The notes beneath the pieces were generated by a model. That model did no database searches and was not told the DNA's origin. It saw nothing but the letters and a program-made list of their open reading frames with translations. Shown here piece after piece: positions 1-11,659 of a stretch of 64,000 bases of DNA (positions are counted from its first letter, which is position 1; each line of letters opens with the position of its first letter). Both the position numbers and the translations under genes were made by a program. This DNA comes from Eledone cirrhosa (taxonomy: Eukaryota). The stretch is from NCBI GenBank assembly GCA_964016885.1, contig OZ024756.1:9300001-9364000 (forward strand), read 5' to 3'.

Positions 1-185
1 TCACACCCACACACACCATTCAATACATCACACCCACACACACCATTCAATACATCACACACACACACACACACACACACCATTCAATACATCACACCCA
101 CACACACCATTCAATACATCACACCCACACACACCATTCAATACATCACACCCACACACACCATTCAATACATCACACACACACA
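1..185. repeat. ~27-bp minisatellite (TCACACCCACACACACCATTCAATACA)n with CA microsatellite
   Basis: Unit visibly repeated about 6 times. Confidence 0.9.
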
Positions 186-255
186 TCATTGAACTCAAAT
201 ATTTTTTATTGATATTGTGATCTATTGCCATAACCCACTGTTTCTCTTCCTCCAG

Positions 256-396
256 TTAGATGCTCCCTTGTTCATCACATGGTACCAATGTTTTATAACT
301 GTGATACTTTGTGCCATGTTTAGCTTCATCAGTTTTTTCTTGCCGAATCTCATTAAATTCCCTTCAATGAAACTTGAACTGAAGATATGCCGCAGT
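256..396 (+). CDS. SLC35C1: GDP-fucose transporter 1, internal coding exon (first one in window)
   Basis: Pyrimidine tract + ccag acceptor ending 255, gtaagt donor at 397. Encodes LDAPLFITWYQC...LKICRS, matching the SLC35C1 N-terminal TM region (LDAP.F.TWYQC). Phase 0/0. Confidence 0.9.
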
Positions 397-719
397 GTAA
401 GTTACCGATTCTCTTTTTATTGGAGTTTTATTTTAACCCTTTCATGATCGCATTTCTAATGAAATACACTCTATCTTTAATTAATTGTAATTAATAAAGA
501 ATTTCGAAGGATTTACTAAAATTATTAATTATTTCAATTATAACATAGTAACTTAATGTAAGGTTCTTATAATGTTGGAAGATTTTAATTTAAATTGGTA
601 TCCTTTAAAATGGGTGACTTTATTTCATAGAACCAGAGCTGGTTTTGGCTGGGTTGATAACAAAAGGTTTCTATACCTTTTTGTTTTTAAATTATATATA
701 TTATATATACATGTGAATA

Positions 720-890
720 AGGCGAATTGGCAGAGTCGTTACAACTTCGGTTGGAATGCTTTATGGTATTCATTCCAGCACTCTACTCTCTGAGTTAAAA
801 TCCCGCCGAGGTCAATTTTGCCTTTCATCCTTTCTAGGTCGATAAAAAAATATCAGTCTAGTATTGGGGTCAATTCTTTCTCTCCCTGGA
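720..890 (+). mobile_element. tRNA-derived SINE, family A (…GAGTTCAAATCCCGCCGAGGTCAACTTTGCCTTTCATCC…GGTCGATAAAA)
   Basis: B-box-like GAGTT.AAATCCC and a body shared with at least 8 other copies in the window (6232-6425 -, 13405-13635 +, 15330-15478 -, 37095-37285 +, 37740-37900 +, 44294-44476 -, 50112-50305 -, 60778-60920 +). Confidence 0.75.
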
Positions 891-1254
891 AGAAATTTGT
901 TGTACTCAGGCCTGCAGAGGGATGGGCTCCGCCAAGCTTAACAAGTGCTCAAGAAATGCTGTATGTCAATACTGCGCCCCTACAACTCTATCAGGAGTTA
1001 AGGGACCATACATATATACATGTCTGAAGGTGGACAATTGACCGTCATTAGAACGTTGGATAGAATACTTTGTAGTATTTGTTGAGTGGTTGTATGGACA
1101 CTCCAGAAATATGAACAACAAAGTTAACTTATGTGGGATTTTCAAAATAGATAACTAAAATATTGATAACAGAGATTATATATAAAGGTGTAATAAAATA
1201 TATTCTTTAATGTGTATAGTGCAAAGATAGGGGTGAAACATTTTGAAGTGTATA

Positions 1255-1620
1255 TCATCATTATCATCACTTTTACATCTGTTTTTCCATGCTTGCATGG
1301 GTTGGACAGGTCCTTTTGGGCACAACATCTAACCACTTGTTGTAGTCCTTCGTCATCTCCACTGTGAGCTTCAGCAGTTTGGCATCAGCTCTCACCAGGT
1401 CTTCCTTGGTCTTCCTCTATTGCAGTTTCTTTCCACTGTGATCATCATCCATGTACAAAACATGTCCATGCCAATGCTGTCTTCTCACATACACATGACA
1501 TCTGATTCCTCTTATGTCCAGTTTTTCTCTCAGTTCATCCATGCTTTGTCGTTCACACACATTAATATTACACCTCCATTGAAGTAATATGGCAGCACCT
1601 TTGAGCAAAAGAGTGCCAAG
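1255..1620 (-). mobile_element. Decayed RTE-type LINE 3' fragment with (GAT)n tail
   Basis: Minus-strand peptide LQWRCNINVCERQSMDELREKLDIRGIRC…WHGHV aligns with the C-terminus of the 3034-4254 element. Same CCCATGCAAGCATGGAA…ATGATGAT tail. Confidence 0.75.
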
Positions 1621-1769
1621 TATCCAGAACTTGTACAGGGAGAAAGGTTGACGGGCTGACTAATTCCAGTTGAGTTGGGCTCCAGGGGATTCTTGGCTCA
1701 CTTGGTATGGAGGATGCTCATTGCCATTGGAATGACAGGAAGAGAGAAGGCTGCAGTTTGCAGGATGGG

Positions 1770-1950
1770 GGAGGCAGCAGAAAGGGCCTCTTGTAGGCTT
1801 TGTAGCAGGGGAGATGAGATAAGCTGGAGGCCAGCCAGAAGGGCTTCTTGTGGGCTTTGTAGCAGGGGAGATGAGATAAGCTGGAAGCCAGCAGAAAGGG
1901 CCTCATGTGGGCTTTGGAGCGGGGGAGATGAGATAAGCTAGAAGCCAGCA
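1770..1950. repeat. ~57-bp tandem repeat, 3 copies
   Basis: GCAGAAAGGGCCTCTTGT.GGCTTTGTAGCAGGGGAGATGAGATAAGCTGGA repeated. Confidence 0.85.
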
Positions 1951-1952
1951 GA

Positions 1953-2508
1953 AATGTAAGGAGCTGGTTACCAGGTCATCTGTGGTGACACAACAGTCCA
2001 CCAGACTACAGGACATGAGAGGAATGTAAGGAGCTGGTTACCAGGTCATCTGTGGTGACACAACAGTCCACCAGACTACAGGACAGTGACAGGAATGTAA
2101 GGAGCTGGTTACCAGGTCATCTGTGGTGACACAACAGTCCACCAGACTACAGGACAGTGACAGGAATGTAAGGAGCTGGTTACCAGGTCATCTGTGGTGA
2201 CACAACAGTCCACCAGACTACAGGACAGTGACAGGAATGTAAGGAGCTGGTTACCAGGTCATCTGTGGTGACACAACAGTCCACCAGACTACAGGACATG
2301 AGAGGAATGTAAGGAGCTGGTTACCAGGTCATCTGTGGTGACACAACAGTCCACCAGACTAAGGGGACATGAGAGGAATGTAAGGAGCTGGTTACCAGGT
2401 CATCTGTGGTGACACAACAGTCCACCAGACTACAGGACATGAGAGGAATGTAAGGAGCTGGTTACCAGGTCATCTGTGGTGACACAACTGTCCACCAGAC
2501 TACAGGAC
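1953..2508. repeat. 70/71-bp tandem repeat, ~8 copies
   Basis: AATGTAAGGAGCTGGTTACCAGGTCATCTGTGGTGACACAACAGTCCACCAGACTACAGGACA… near-identical units. Confidence 0.95.
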
Positions 2509-2595
2509 AGATAAGATATTCACTGAACATAAATGTGAGACATCTTCTTGAAGATTTAATTATGTTTATAAATATTGTTTTTTGTTTATTTTCAG

Positions 2596-2712
2596 ACTCT
2601 TCCATTGTCAATAATATTTGTTTTTATGATTTCATTTAACAACCTCTGTTTAAAATATGTTGATGTTGCATTTTACTACATTGGACGATCATTAACAACC
2701 ATTTTTAATGTG
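2596..2712 (+). CDS. SLC35C1: GDP-fucose transporter 1, coding exon
   Basis: ttcag acceptor, gtaagt donor at 2713. Encodes [39 protein letters not shown], the conserved [22 protein letters not shown] motif. Confidence 0.95.
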
Positions 2713-2816
2713 GTAAGTTGCTATTTACTTTCTTTGTTTCTTTTATGTTTATTACGATAGTCTCTGCGTGTATGTTTATAGGTATTGTTGAATATATATT
2801 TACATATATATATATT

Positions 2817-2867
<51 letters not shown>

Positions 2868-3023
2868 ATATATATATTTACATATATATATATATTTACA
2901 TATATATATATATATATATATAGCCAAAGATTAATGTGGTTCATTGATTACTCAATGAATATAGTTTTACAATAGATTAAAAGCACTCTACAGTGAAGTT
3001 TTCTGGAGTTATTTCTGGAGTTA

Positions 3024-4763
3024 TTTCGTCGACTTGGAGAAAGCCTTCGACAGAGTCCCCCGTTCCATTATCTGGTGGTCTCTTAGAAAACTAGGTGTTG
3101 ACGAATGGCTTGTGAGAGCTATACAAGCCATGTATAAAGAAACAGTCAGTAAGGTTAGAATTAACAACGAATATAGTGAAGAGTTTAGCGTAAAAGTTGG
3201 TGTCCATCAGGGCTCTGTTCTTAGCCCCCTACTATTTATTATTGCCCTTCAGGCTATAACAGAGGAGTTCAAGACCGGCTGCCCATGGGAACTCCTATAC
3301 GCAGATGATCTAACGCTCATAGCTGAATCAATGACCGAACTAGAGAAGAAATTCCAAACATGGAAGCACGGCCTAGAATCAAAAGGCCTTAAAATTAACC
3401 TGGCTAAGACTAAAGTTCTAGTTTGTAGGAAAGAAAATAAGGCGGCAGTCCCATCTGGGAAATGGCCATGCTCAGTGTGTAGGAAAGGCGTAGGTAGAAA
3501 CTCCATTTTATGTCCCAAATGCAAAGTATGGGTGCATAAAAGATGTAGTGGGATCACAGGTAAGCTAACTAAGAACATAGATTTTACATGTGGCCGGTGC
3601 TCTGGTGCAATAAGTAGCAGCAAGTGCCCACAAAATACTAGCTCCTTCAACTGCGCAGAGGGTTCTATAGAAATAGTGGACAGCTTCCGTTACCTGGGTG
3701 ACAAAATCAGCAGTGGGGGAGGGTGCTCTGAAAGTACAGTAGCTAGAGTCAGAACTGGATAGAAAAAGTTCAGAGAGCTTATACCACTATTAGCCGCTAG
3801 AGGGTTCTCCCTAAAAATGAAAGGCAGGTTATACGATGCCTGCATACGAACAGCAATGCTGCATGGCAGTGAGACATGGGCATTGTGTGCAGAGGATATA
3901 CGCAGACTAGAGAGGAACGAAGCTTGCATGCTCCGCTGGATGTGCAATAGTAATATACGTGAACGGCAAAGCATAAACGGACTAAGGAAAAAATTAGAAA
4001 TAAGAGGGATCAGATGTTGTTTACTCGAGAGAAGGCTACGTTGGTACGGACACGTGATGCGCATGAAAGACGACAGCTGTATAACAAAGTGCAGGGCAAT
4101 AAAGATAGACGGTAGCCACGGAGTAGGCAGACCCAGAAAAACATGGGACGAGCTGATAAATTCCGACCTCACACGCTTACACCTCTCCAAGACAATGTCA
4201 CTGGACCGAGACCTTTGGCGGTACTCAGTAATAGAGAAGACCCGCCTTACCTAAATACAAAGTAAAAACCTACTACAGTCAGTAGGCATCTCTATCAAAA
4301 CACCCCCCCCCGTCCCACCACCTCCACCCCATCCACACCGCCCCTTTCAATGTAAAGTTATGTTGGTCCCACAACATCCAGGCCGAAACAAATGAGATCG
4401 TGTAGGTGTCACGACAAAAAAACACACAGTCCACGCTGTAAATGTGGCCGTGTAGGCAACACGGTAAAAACCTCCCAGCCCCACACTGTAAATGTGATTG
4501 GTGTTAGGAAGGGCATCCAGCTGTAGAAAACCCGCCAGACAGTCCATGCTGTAATGTGGCCGTGTAGGCAACACGGTAAAAACCTCCCAGTCCCACACTG
4601 TAAATGTGGTTGGTGTTAGGAAGGGCATCCAACTGTAGAAAACCCGCCAGACAGTCCTATGCGAGCAAGACAACCACTCTTGCCTCAAGTGGGAAAACCC
4701 CCGTCCAAACCCATGCAAGCGTGGAACACGGACGCTAAACCTGATGATGATGATGATGATGAT
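3024..4763 (+). mobile_element. 5'-truncated RTE-type LINE: RT with embedded PHD-like finger, one nonsense codon, 3' UTR and (GAT)n tail
   Basis: DLEKAFDRV, GVHQGSVLSPLLF and LLYADD RT motifs, with CSVC…C..C..WVHKRC…CGRC inserted. ORFs 3034-3762 and 3817-4254 are in the same frame, separated by a TAG at 3760 where Trp is expected. Confidence 0.9.
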
Positions 4764-4765
4764 TA

Positions 4766-5108
4766 ATATTATTCAAAATATTAATAAATGAAGACGTTCA
4801 CATAATCAAAATATATGTTTTATTATATATATTTTGAAGGTACTGTGCTGTTTTTTCAGTACGTCCTCGTCACATAAAATACATGAATTGATGTATGACA
4901 TACCTCAACTGTCTTGATGGTTCAATTCCAGTATTGCCAATACTGGAATTGAACCATCAAGACAATTGAGGTATGTCATACATCAATTCATGTATTTTAT
5001 CTGACGAGGACGTACTGAAAAAACAGCACAGTACCTTCAAAATATATATAATAAAACATATATTTTGATTATGTGAACGTCTTCATTTGTTAATATTTTG
5101 AATAATAT
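4766..5108. repeat. Near-perfect palindrome (171-bp arms, 1-nt spacer at 4937) carrying a hammerhead-like motif in each arm
   Basis: Arms reverse-complementary with ~3 mismatches. Right arm: TATTTTAT CTGACGA GGAC GTACTG…CAGTAC CTTC AAAA TATATA TA ATAAAAC. Confidence 0.9.
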
Positions 5109-5143
5109 ATATATATATATATATATATGATATATATATATAT

Positions 5144-5678
5144 AAAGATAGATGGTAGCCACGGAGTAGGCAGACCCAGAAAAACCTGGGACGACCTGAT
5201 AAATTCCGACCTCACACACTTACACCTCTCCAAGACAATGTCACTGGACCGAGACCTTTGGCGGTACTCGGTAATAGAGAAGACCCGCCTTACCTAAATA
5301 CAAAGTAAAACCTTCTACAGTCAGTAGGCATCTCTAACAAAATACACCCCCGTCCCACCTCCCCCACCCCATCCACACCGCCCCTTTCAATGTAAAGTTA
5401 TGTTGGTGCCACAACATCCAGGCCGAAACAAATGAGATCGTGTAGGTGTCACGACAAAAAACACACAGTCCACGCTGTAATGTGGCCGTGTAGGCAACAC
5501 GGTAAAAACCTCTCAGTCCCACACTGTAAATGTGGTTGGTGTTAGGAAGGGCATCCAGCCGTAGAAAACCCGCCAGACAGTCCTATGCGAGCAAGACAAC
5601 CACTCTTGCCTCAAGTGGGAAAACTCCCGTCCAAACCCATGCAAGCGTGGAACATGGACGTTAAACGATGATGATGAT
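5144..5678 (+). mobile_element. Second, shorter 3'-end copy of the same RTE LINE
   Basis: Near-identical to 4101-4760, but without the internal duplication seen at ~4480-4600. Confidence 0.9.
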
Positions 5679-6231
5679 ATATATACACACGGATGATCTG
5701 TTAAGCCTTCTTTACGTTTATTGATTGGTGATGTGCGTTTCGCTATTGATCAGTTCAAGTTTCGATCTGGCCCAACTGTGGAATCAAAAGCTTGTCAGAC
5801 ATCTGCTGTTGTAATGACACCCTGATTATACTCTACTCTTCGCTACAGACGTGAATCTAAACCAGTGCTCACCTGGGTGAACCTACAGTAACTTCATGTT
5901 AAAACTTGCTGGATATATATATATGATGGATTCCTCCTTCAATATCCGAAGTATGAGTGTCCAACAAAAGTTAAATGTGAGAAAGTGAACTGATCTTAAA
6001 CTACCCACACAAAGTTTTGTTTTAAGTGGTGAAGGCTTGTGTAGGACTGACCACACTTCATATATAGTATATAATATATACTGTACAAAGTGTATATATA
6101 ATGTATATATACTGTATATAGTGTATATATAGTGAATATATAGTGTATATATGAGATGTTGAACTACCCACACAAAGTTTTGTTTTAAGTGGTGAAGGCT
6201 TGTGTAGGACCAACTACACTTCATATATAGT

Positions 6232-6425
6232 GTATAATTTTCTACTTTTTGGCACAAGGCTAGCAAATTACCCAGTGTATTACTGGTACTTTATTTTATC
6301 GACTCCATAAGGATGAAAGGCAAAGTTAACCTCGGCGGGATTTGAACTCAGAATGGCAAGGGCCGTAAATCTATGCGTCAAAGCATGGCATCCGACTCTC
6401 TACAGATACTGCCAATCCATTGCTG
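6232..6425 (-). mobile_element. SINE family A, reverse orientation, inserted in a local duplicated segment
   Basis: Reverse complement of the family A consensus; TATATAGTGTATAAT on both sides. Confidence 0.75.
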
Positions 6426-6929
6426 TTATATATAGTGTATAATATATACTGTACAAAGTGTATATATAATGTATATATACTGTACAAAGTGTATATATAA
6501 TGTATATATACTGTACAAAGTGTATATATAATGTATATATGAGATGTTGAACTAACCACACAAAGTTTTGTTTTAAGTGGTGAAGGCTTGTGTAGGACCA
6601 ACCACACTTTTTGGAACTGACGACACATATCTTCGGTGTAAATATTTGCCACAGAAAACGTATATATATATTCATCATCATTTGATAGTCTGTGTATATG
6701 TGTGTATTGTTGTATATTTACATGTATTGTTGAATATATACATGTAAAATTCCGTTATAACAGATTATTCAGTATAACAACATGTTGTTCACTCCCCGAC
6801 ATAATAGCAAACCCTCAATTTGTTTCAGTCGATCTCCTTAAAAGAATGTTTCATGACAACAAATTATTTTTATACCCCGTCAATTTAGTTATAATGAAAT
6901 TTCACTGTATATATATTGATCATCATTTG

Positions 6930-7160
6930 ATAGTCTGTGTATAGGACTATATTTCTCTGTGTTATATCTATAGTCTGTGTATAATAATATTTCTCTGTGT
7001 TATATCTATAGTCTGTGTATAAGACTATGCTTCTCTATATTATATCTATAGTCTGTATAAGACTATGTTTCTTTGTTATATCTATAGTCTGTGATTAAGA
7101 CTGTTTCTCTGTTATATCTATAGTCTGTGTATAAGACTGTTTCTCTGTGTTATATCTATA
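6930..7160. repeat. ~38-40-bp tandem repeat, ~6 copies
   Basis: TATAGTCTGTGTATAAGACTATGTTTCTCTGTGTTATATC-like units. Confidence 0.85.
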
Positions 7161-7757
7161 AGGTTCCATGTGAAACAGCATAATTATAATATAATTTCCC
7201 TTGTTGGACTGATTAGTAGAAGCAACAAGTGGTTGTGTGTGTTGTTACACTTGCAGAGCCCGAAGAAAACACGTCCAGTCGGTAAGGAGGTCTCTTGCTC
7301 TGTGTGTGCTCAAAATAGGCAATGCACAGGACAAAAACAACAAAGACGGACAGTCCCATCTTCTCAGTCAACCTCTAGAAATCACTGTGGTTTCATTCCA
7401 GTAGACATTCGAACATAACAAAACAGGTAGAGACAAGTTATATCTTTAGGGGAATTACACAAATATTGAGTGCCAAAGGAGAAAAATATAGAAAGGAGAG
7501 AAATAGTAAAACAGAAAAGAATAAGGACTGTAGTCAAGTATGTAGGACACTGAAGTGTTGAAAAGGTAAGGAGGAAGAATAGGGAAAAACAGCCTGGGCG
7601 GTGTGATGTCTATTATATTTTAGTTTAAAAAAAGACTGCATGACTCAGTCTTTAGAACAAGAATTCAAAATAGGGAGCACACAGGACAAAGACAATGGAA
7701 AAAATAACGGAAAGATGAATAGTCAACTTCTGGAAATAACTAGTTTTGGAGTATTAA

Positions 7758-9325
7758 CCCTTTAGTATTTACATTACTCTATATATACTATTGTAATTTC
7801 ACAGTAAAGGCTTTACCTCACATAATATCTCACATAACATTTACATTACTCTATATATACTATTGTAATTTCACAGTAAAGGCTTTACCTCACATAATAT
7901 CTCACATAACATTTACATTACTCTATATATACTATTGTAATTTCACAGTAAAGGCTTTACCTCACATAATATCTCACATAACATTTACATTACTCTATAT
8001 ATACTATTGTAATTTCACAGTAAAGGCTTTACCTCACATAATATCTCACATAACATTTACATTACTCTATATATACTATTGTAATTTCACAGTAAAGGCT
8101 TTACCTCACATAATATCTCACATAACATTTACATTACTCTATATATACTATTGTATTGTCACAGTAAAGGCTTTATCTCACATAATATCTCACATAACAT
8201 TTACATTACTCTTTATATACTATTGTAATTTCACAGTAAAGGCTTTACCTCACATAATATCTCGCATAATATTTACATTACTCTATATATATACTATTGT
8301 ATTTTCACAGTAAAGGCTTTACCTCACATAATATCTCACATAGCATTTACACTACTCTATATATACTATTATATTTTCATAGTAAAGGCTTTATCTCACA
8401 TAATATCTCGCATAATATTTACATTACTCTATATATACTATTGTATTTTCACAGTAAAGGCTTTACCTCACATAATATCTCGCATAGCATTTACACTACT
8501 CTATATATACTATTATATTTTCATAGTAAAGGCTTTACTTCACATAATATCTCACATAACATTTACATTACTCTATATATACTATTGTATTTTCACAGTA
8601 AAGGCTTTACCTCACATATCTCACATAACATTTACATTACTCTATATATACTATTGTATTTTCACAGTAAAGGCTTTACCTCACATAATATCTCACATAA
8701 CATTTACATTACTCTATATATACTATTATATTTTCATGGTAAAGGCTTTACCTCACATAATATCTCACATAACATTTACATTACTCTATATATACTATTG
8801 TAATTTCACAGTAAAGGCTTTACCTCACATAATATCTCACATAATATTTACATTACTCTATATATACTATTGTATTTTCACAGGAAAGGCTTTACCCCAC
8901 ATAATATCTCACATAACATTTACATTACTCTATATATACTATTGTATTATCACAGTAAAGGCTTTACCTCACATAATACCTCACATAATATTTACATTAC
9001 TCTTTATATCCTATTGTATTTTCACAGTAAAGGCTTTACCTCATATAATATCTCACATAATATTTACATTACTCTATATATACTATTGTAATTTCACAGT
9101 AAAGGCTTTACCTCACATAATATCTCACATAGCATTTACATTACTCTATATATACTATTGTATTTTCACAGTAAAATTTTTACTTAACATAATATCGAAT
9201 CTATGAGATTTTGATATTTTTTTTATTTTGACAACAATACCTTAACATCAGTATGAGCAGCCGGTTACAGCTGGTTTGAATAGAAGGAGGTGGTAGAATT
9301 CTGGCTCTAATATAATGCTAAAGGT
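7758..9325. mobile_element. piggyBac-like MITE whose interior has expanded into a 72-bp tandem array (~19-20 copies)
   Basis: TTAA|CCCTTTAGTATT at the left end and AATGCTAAAGG at the right. The 72-bp unit fills 7768-9180. An unexpanded sibling lies at 11105-11317. Confidence 0.65.
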
Positions 9326-9415
9326 TTGATACTGTTCATTCCAGTGCACATTCAGACATAACAAAGTCACGTATTGGATGCCTTCTTTTCTCTCAATTTC
9401 TCCCTTCCATTTCAG

Positions 9416-9524
9416 CTATTCTCCTACTTTATTTTGAAACAAGGAACATCAAAAGCAGCTCTAGTTTGTTGTGGAATTATTATTGGTGGTTTCTTGTTAG
9501 GAGTGGACCAAGAAGGAGTCTCAG
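9416..9524 (+). CDS. SLC35C1: GDP-fucose transporter 1, coding exon (not in ORF track)
   Basis: Pyrimidine tract + ttcag acceptor, gtaaac donor at 9525. Translates [36 protein letters not shown]+G (conserved [15 protein letters not shown]). Ends in phase 1, compatible with the next exon. Confidence 0.93.
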
Positions 9525-10019
9525 GTAAACACTGGTAAATCACCAAGATTTTTACATAGACTTTTCCATGTTGGCATGGGTTGGATAGGATAGGACTTTC
9601 TGAGGCAATATTTTACAGCAGGATGCCCTTCTTAACAGTAACTACTTCAGTTGTTTATGACATCTGGGGATACTGTATACTTATTCTAGGTTTCTGAAAT
9701 TTTTTTTTATTTTACTACTTTGCTAATATTAAGTTACCAGTCTAGTACTGGGGTTGATTCTTCCTCTATATCTGTTTCGCACTTCTTCTCTCACACTCTC
9801 TCTCTCTTTCTCTGGAAGAAATTTGCTTTGTTCAGACCTGGAAAGGGATTGGCTCTGCCAGGCTTAACATTCTTGAGAAATGCAGTATGTCTCTATGGCG
9901 CCCCTACAACTCCAACAGGAGTTACAAGACCTGACCATACTTTGTTAATGTACGTGAAATATTCAATAATACACAGCTTTAATTCATAACTTTAATAGGT
10001 GTCTAATTAATTCTTCTTC

Positions 10020-11105
10020 TTCGTCCAGTTATTCATGAGAGGGTCGTTGGGGCAGAGTCCTCAAACACTCCCTCCAGTTGGTCCTGTCAGAAGCAACCGT
10101 TTCCAACTGATCTGGCTGGATCCCAAAGTCCTCCCATGTCTTAACTTTGGATGCTTTTACTGTCTCTGCTGCTATTTTTTGTGCCTGCTTGTAATGCAAG
10201 TGCAAGAAGGAAGACTTATTTCCAAGCCAAGCTTTGTAAGCCTCCTTCTTTGCTCGGATGGCATCTTTGACCTCTTGATTGAACCAAGGGGTCCTCCTAC
10301 CATCCAGTGCCATACCAAGCCTTTTTCACCTGCAGGATTTAACAGCTGAAGCAGAAACTGCTGCACTGAACAATCTCCACTCCATCTCAACATCCTCAGT
10401 TTGCTCAGGGAGTTTTCTGAATTTGGATGCAATAGTATCTGCATACTTAGTCCTGTCTTCCTTACCCACCAGTACTTTCCACTTTATCTTGTAGGTCACC
10501 CTAGACCTGCCAGTTTTGTGGGCTTCTTGGCTTTAGGTAGTCTTATGATAACTAGATGGTGATCAGTTGACAGCTCAGCCCCTCTCTTAACACAAACATC
10601 CAGCACAGAGATCAGAGACAATAACAAAATCAATTATTGATTTCTGTCCCTGATTCACCATACACCATGTATATTTATCGATGTCTCTTTGCTGGAAGAA
10701 GGTGTTTATAATAGAGATTCCATTGCTAGAACACAAGTCTAGCAAGGCCATTTGTATTTAGATTGGGGTCGCCTTTCCTTCCAATCACCCCTTACCATAT
10801 CAGGTCATCAGTGCCAACATGTGTATAGAAGTTTCCCATCAGGATATATAACTCAGTCTTAACTACATGCAGTCTTGCTGCAATGACTTTATCATGGAAG
10901 GACCTGTATTTGGACTCCTTGTTTGGTGTATAAACTTGCACCACCCACAGAGACCTATCGTTCAGCCTAAGCTTCAAGAGGCAAATCCTCCCTCCTAATG
11001 GGATCCAGTCCATAACACAATCTGATAGCTTGTGAGTATCCCCACGCCATCATGTGCAGTCATATCTGGCGCCACACCTGAATAGTGGAGTTTCCATCCT
11101 CCATC
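10020..11105 (-). mobile_element. Decayed RTE-type LINE fragments (endonuclease region plus 3' end)
   Basis: Minus-strand peptides WIPLGGRICLLKLRL…VVQVYTPN…GNFYTHVG (APE-like) and RRTPWFNQEVKDAIRAKKEAYKAW; (GAA)n-like tail near 10012-10022. Confidence 0.75.
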
Positions 11106-11317
11106 CATTTGCATTACTCTATATTTACTATTGTATTTTCATGGTAAAGGTTTTATCGTTCATAATATCTCACATAATATCGAATCTACGAGATTTTGAT
11201 GTTATTTATTTTGAGAACAATACCTTAACATAAGTATGAGCAGCCGGTTATGGCTGGTTTGAACAGAAAAACGTGAGAGAATCCTGGCTGGATGCAACCA
11301 GTTTAAATGCTAATGGG
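11105..11317. mobile_element. piggyBac-like MITE sibling, single internal unit, left end missing
   Basis: Homologous to 9130-9325; ends AATGCTAATGGG|TTAA. Confidence 0.6.
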
Positions 11318-11659
11318 TTAATGTCTATGTTCCACACTAGCATGTCTTACAAGAGTTGTCATGTTCTGAAGTTAGACAGGTCAGATGACTATCTTGTTCA
11401 TGTGTTCCATTTTGGCAGGGTTACTAAGCTAGATACAATTCCTAATGCCAACCATTTCACAACATGTACTCGATTTGTTTTCTCATGGTACCACCACTAC
11501 TACCTGACAGGGTTGGCTGGGTGCATTTTATCATAGCACCAACACTACCATTTTATAGTGTAGTCTGAGTGCATTTTATCGTGGCACTACCACTTTACAG
11601 AGTGGGTTGGGGGCATTTTATTGTAGCCTAGCACTACCACTTTAAAGTTTGGGCTGATG

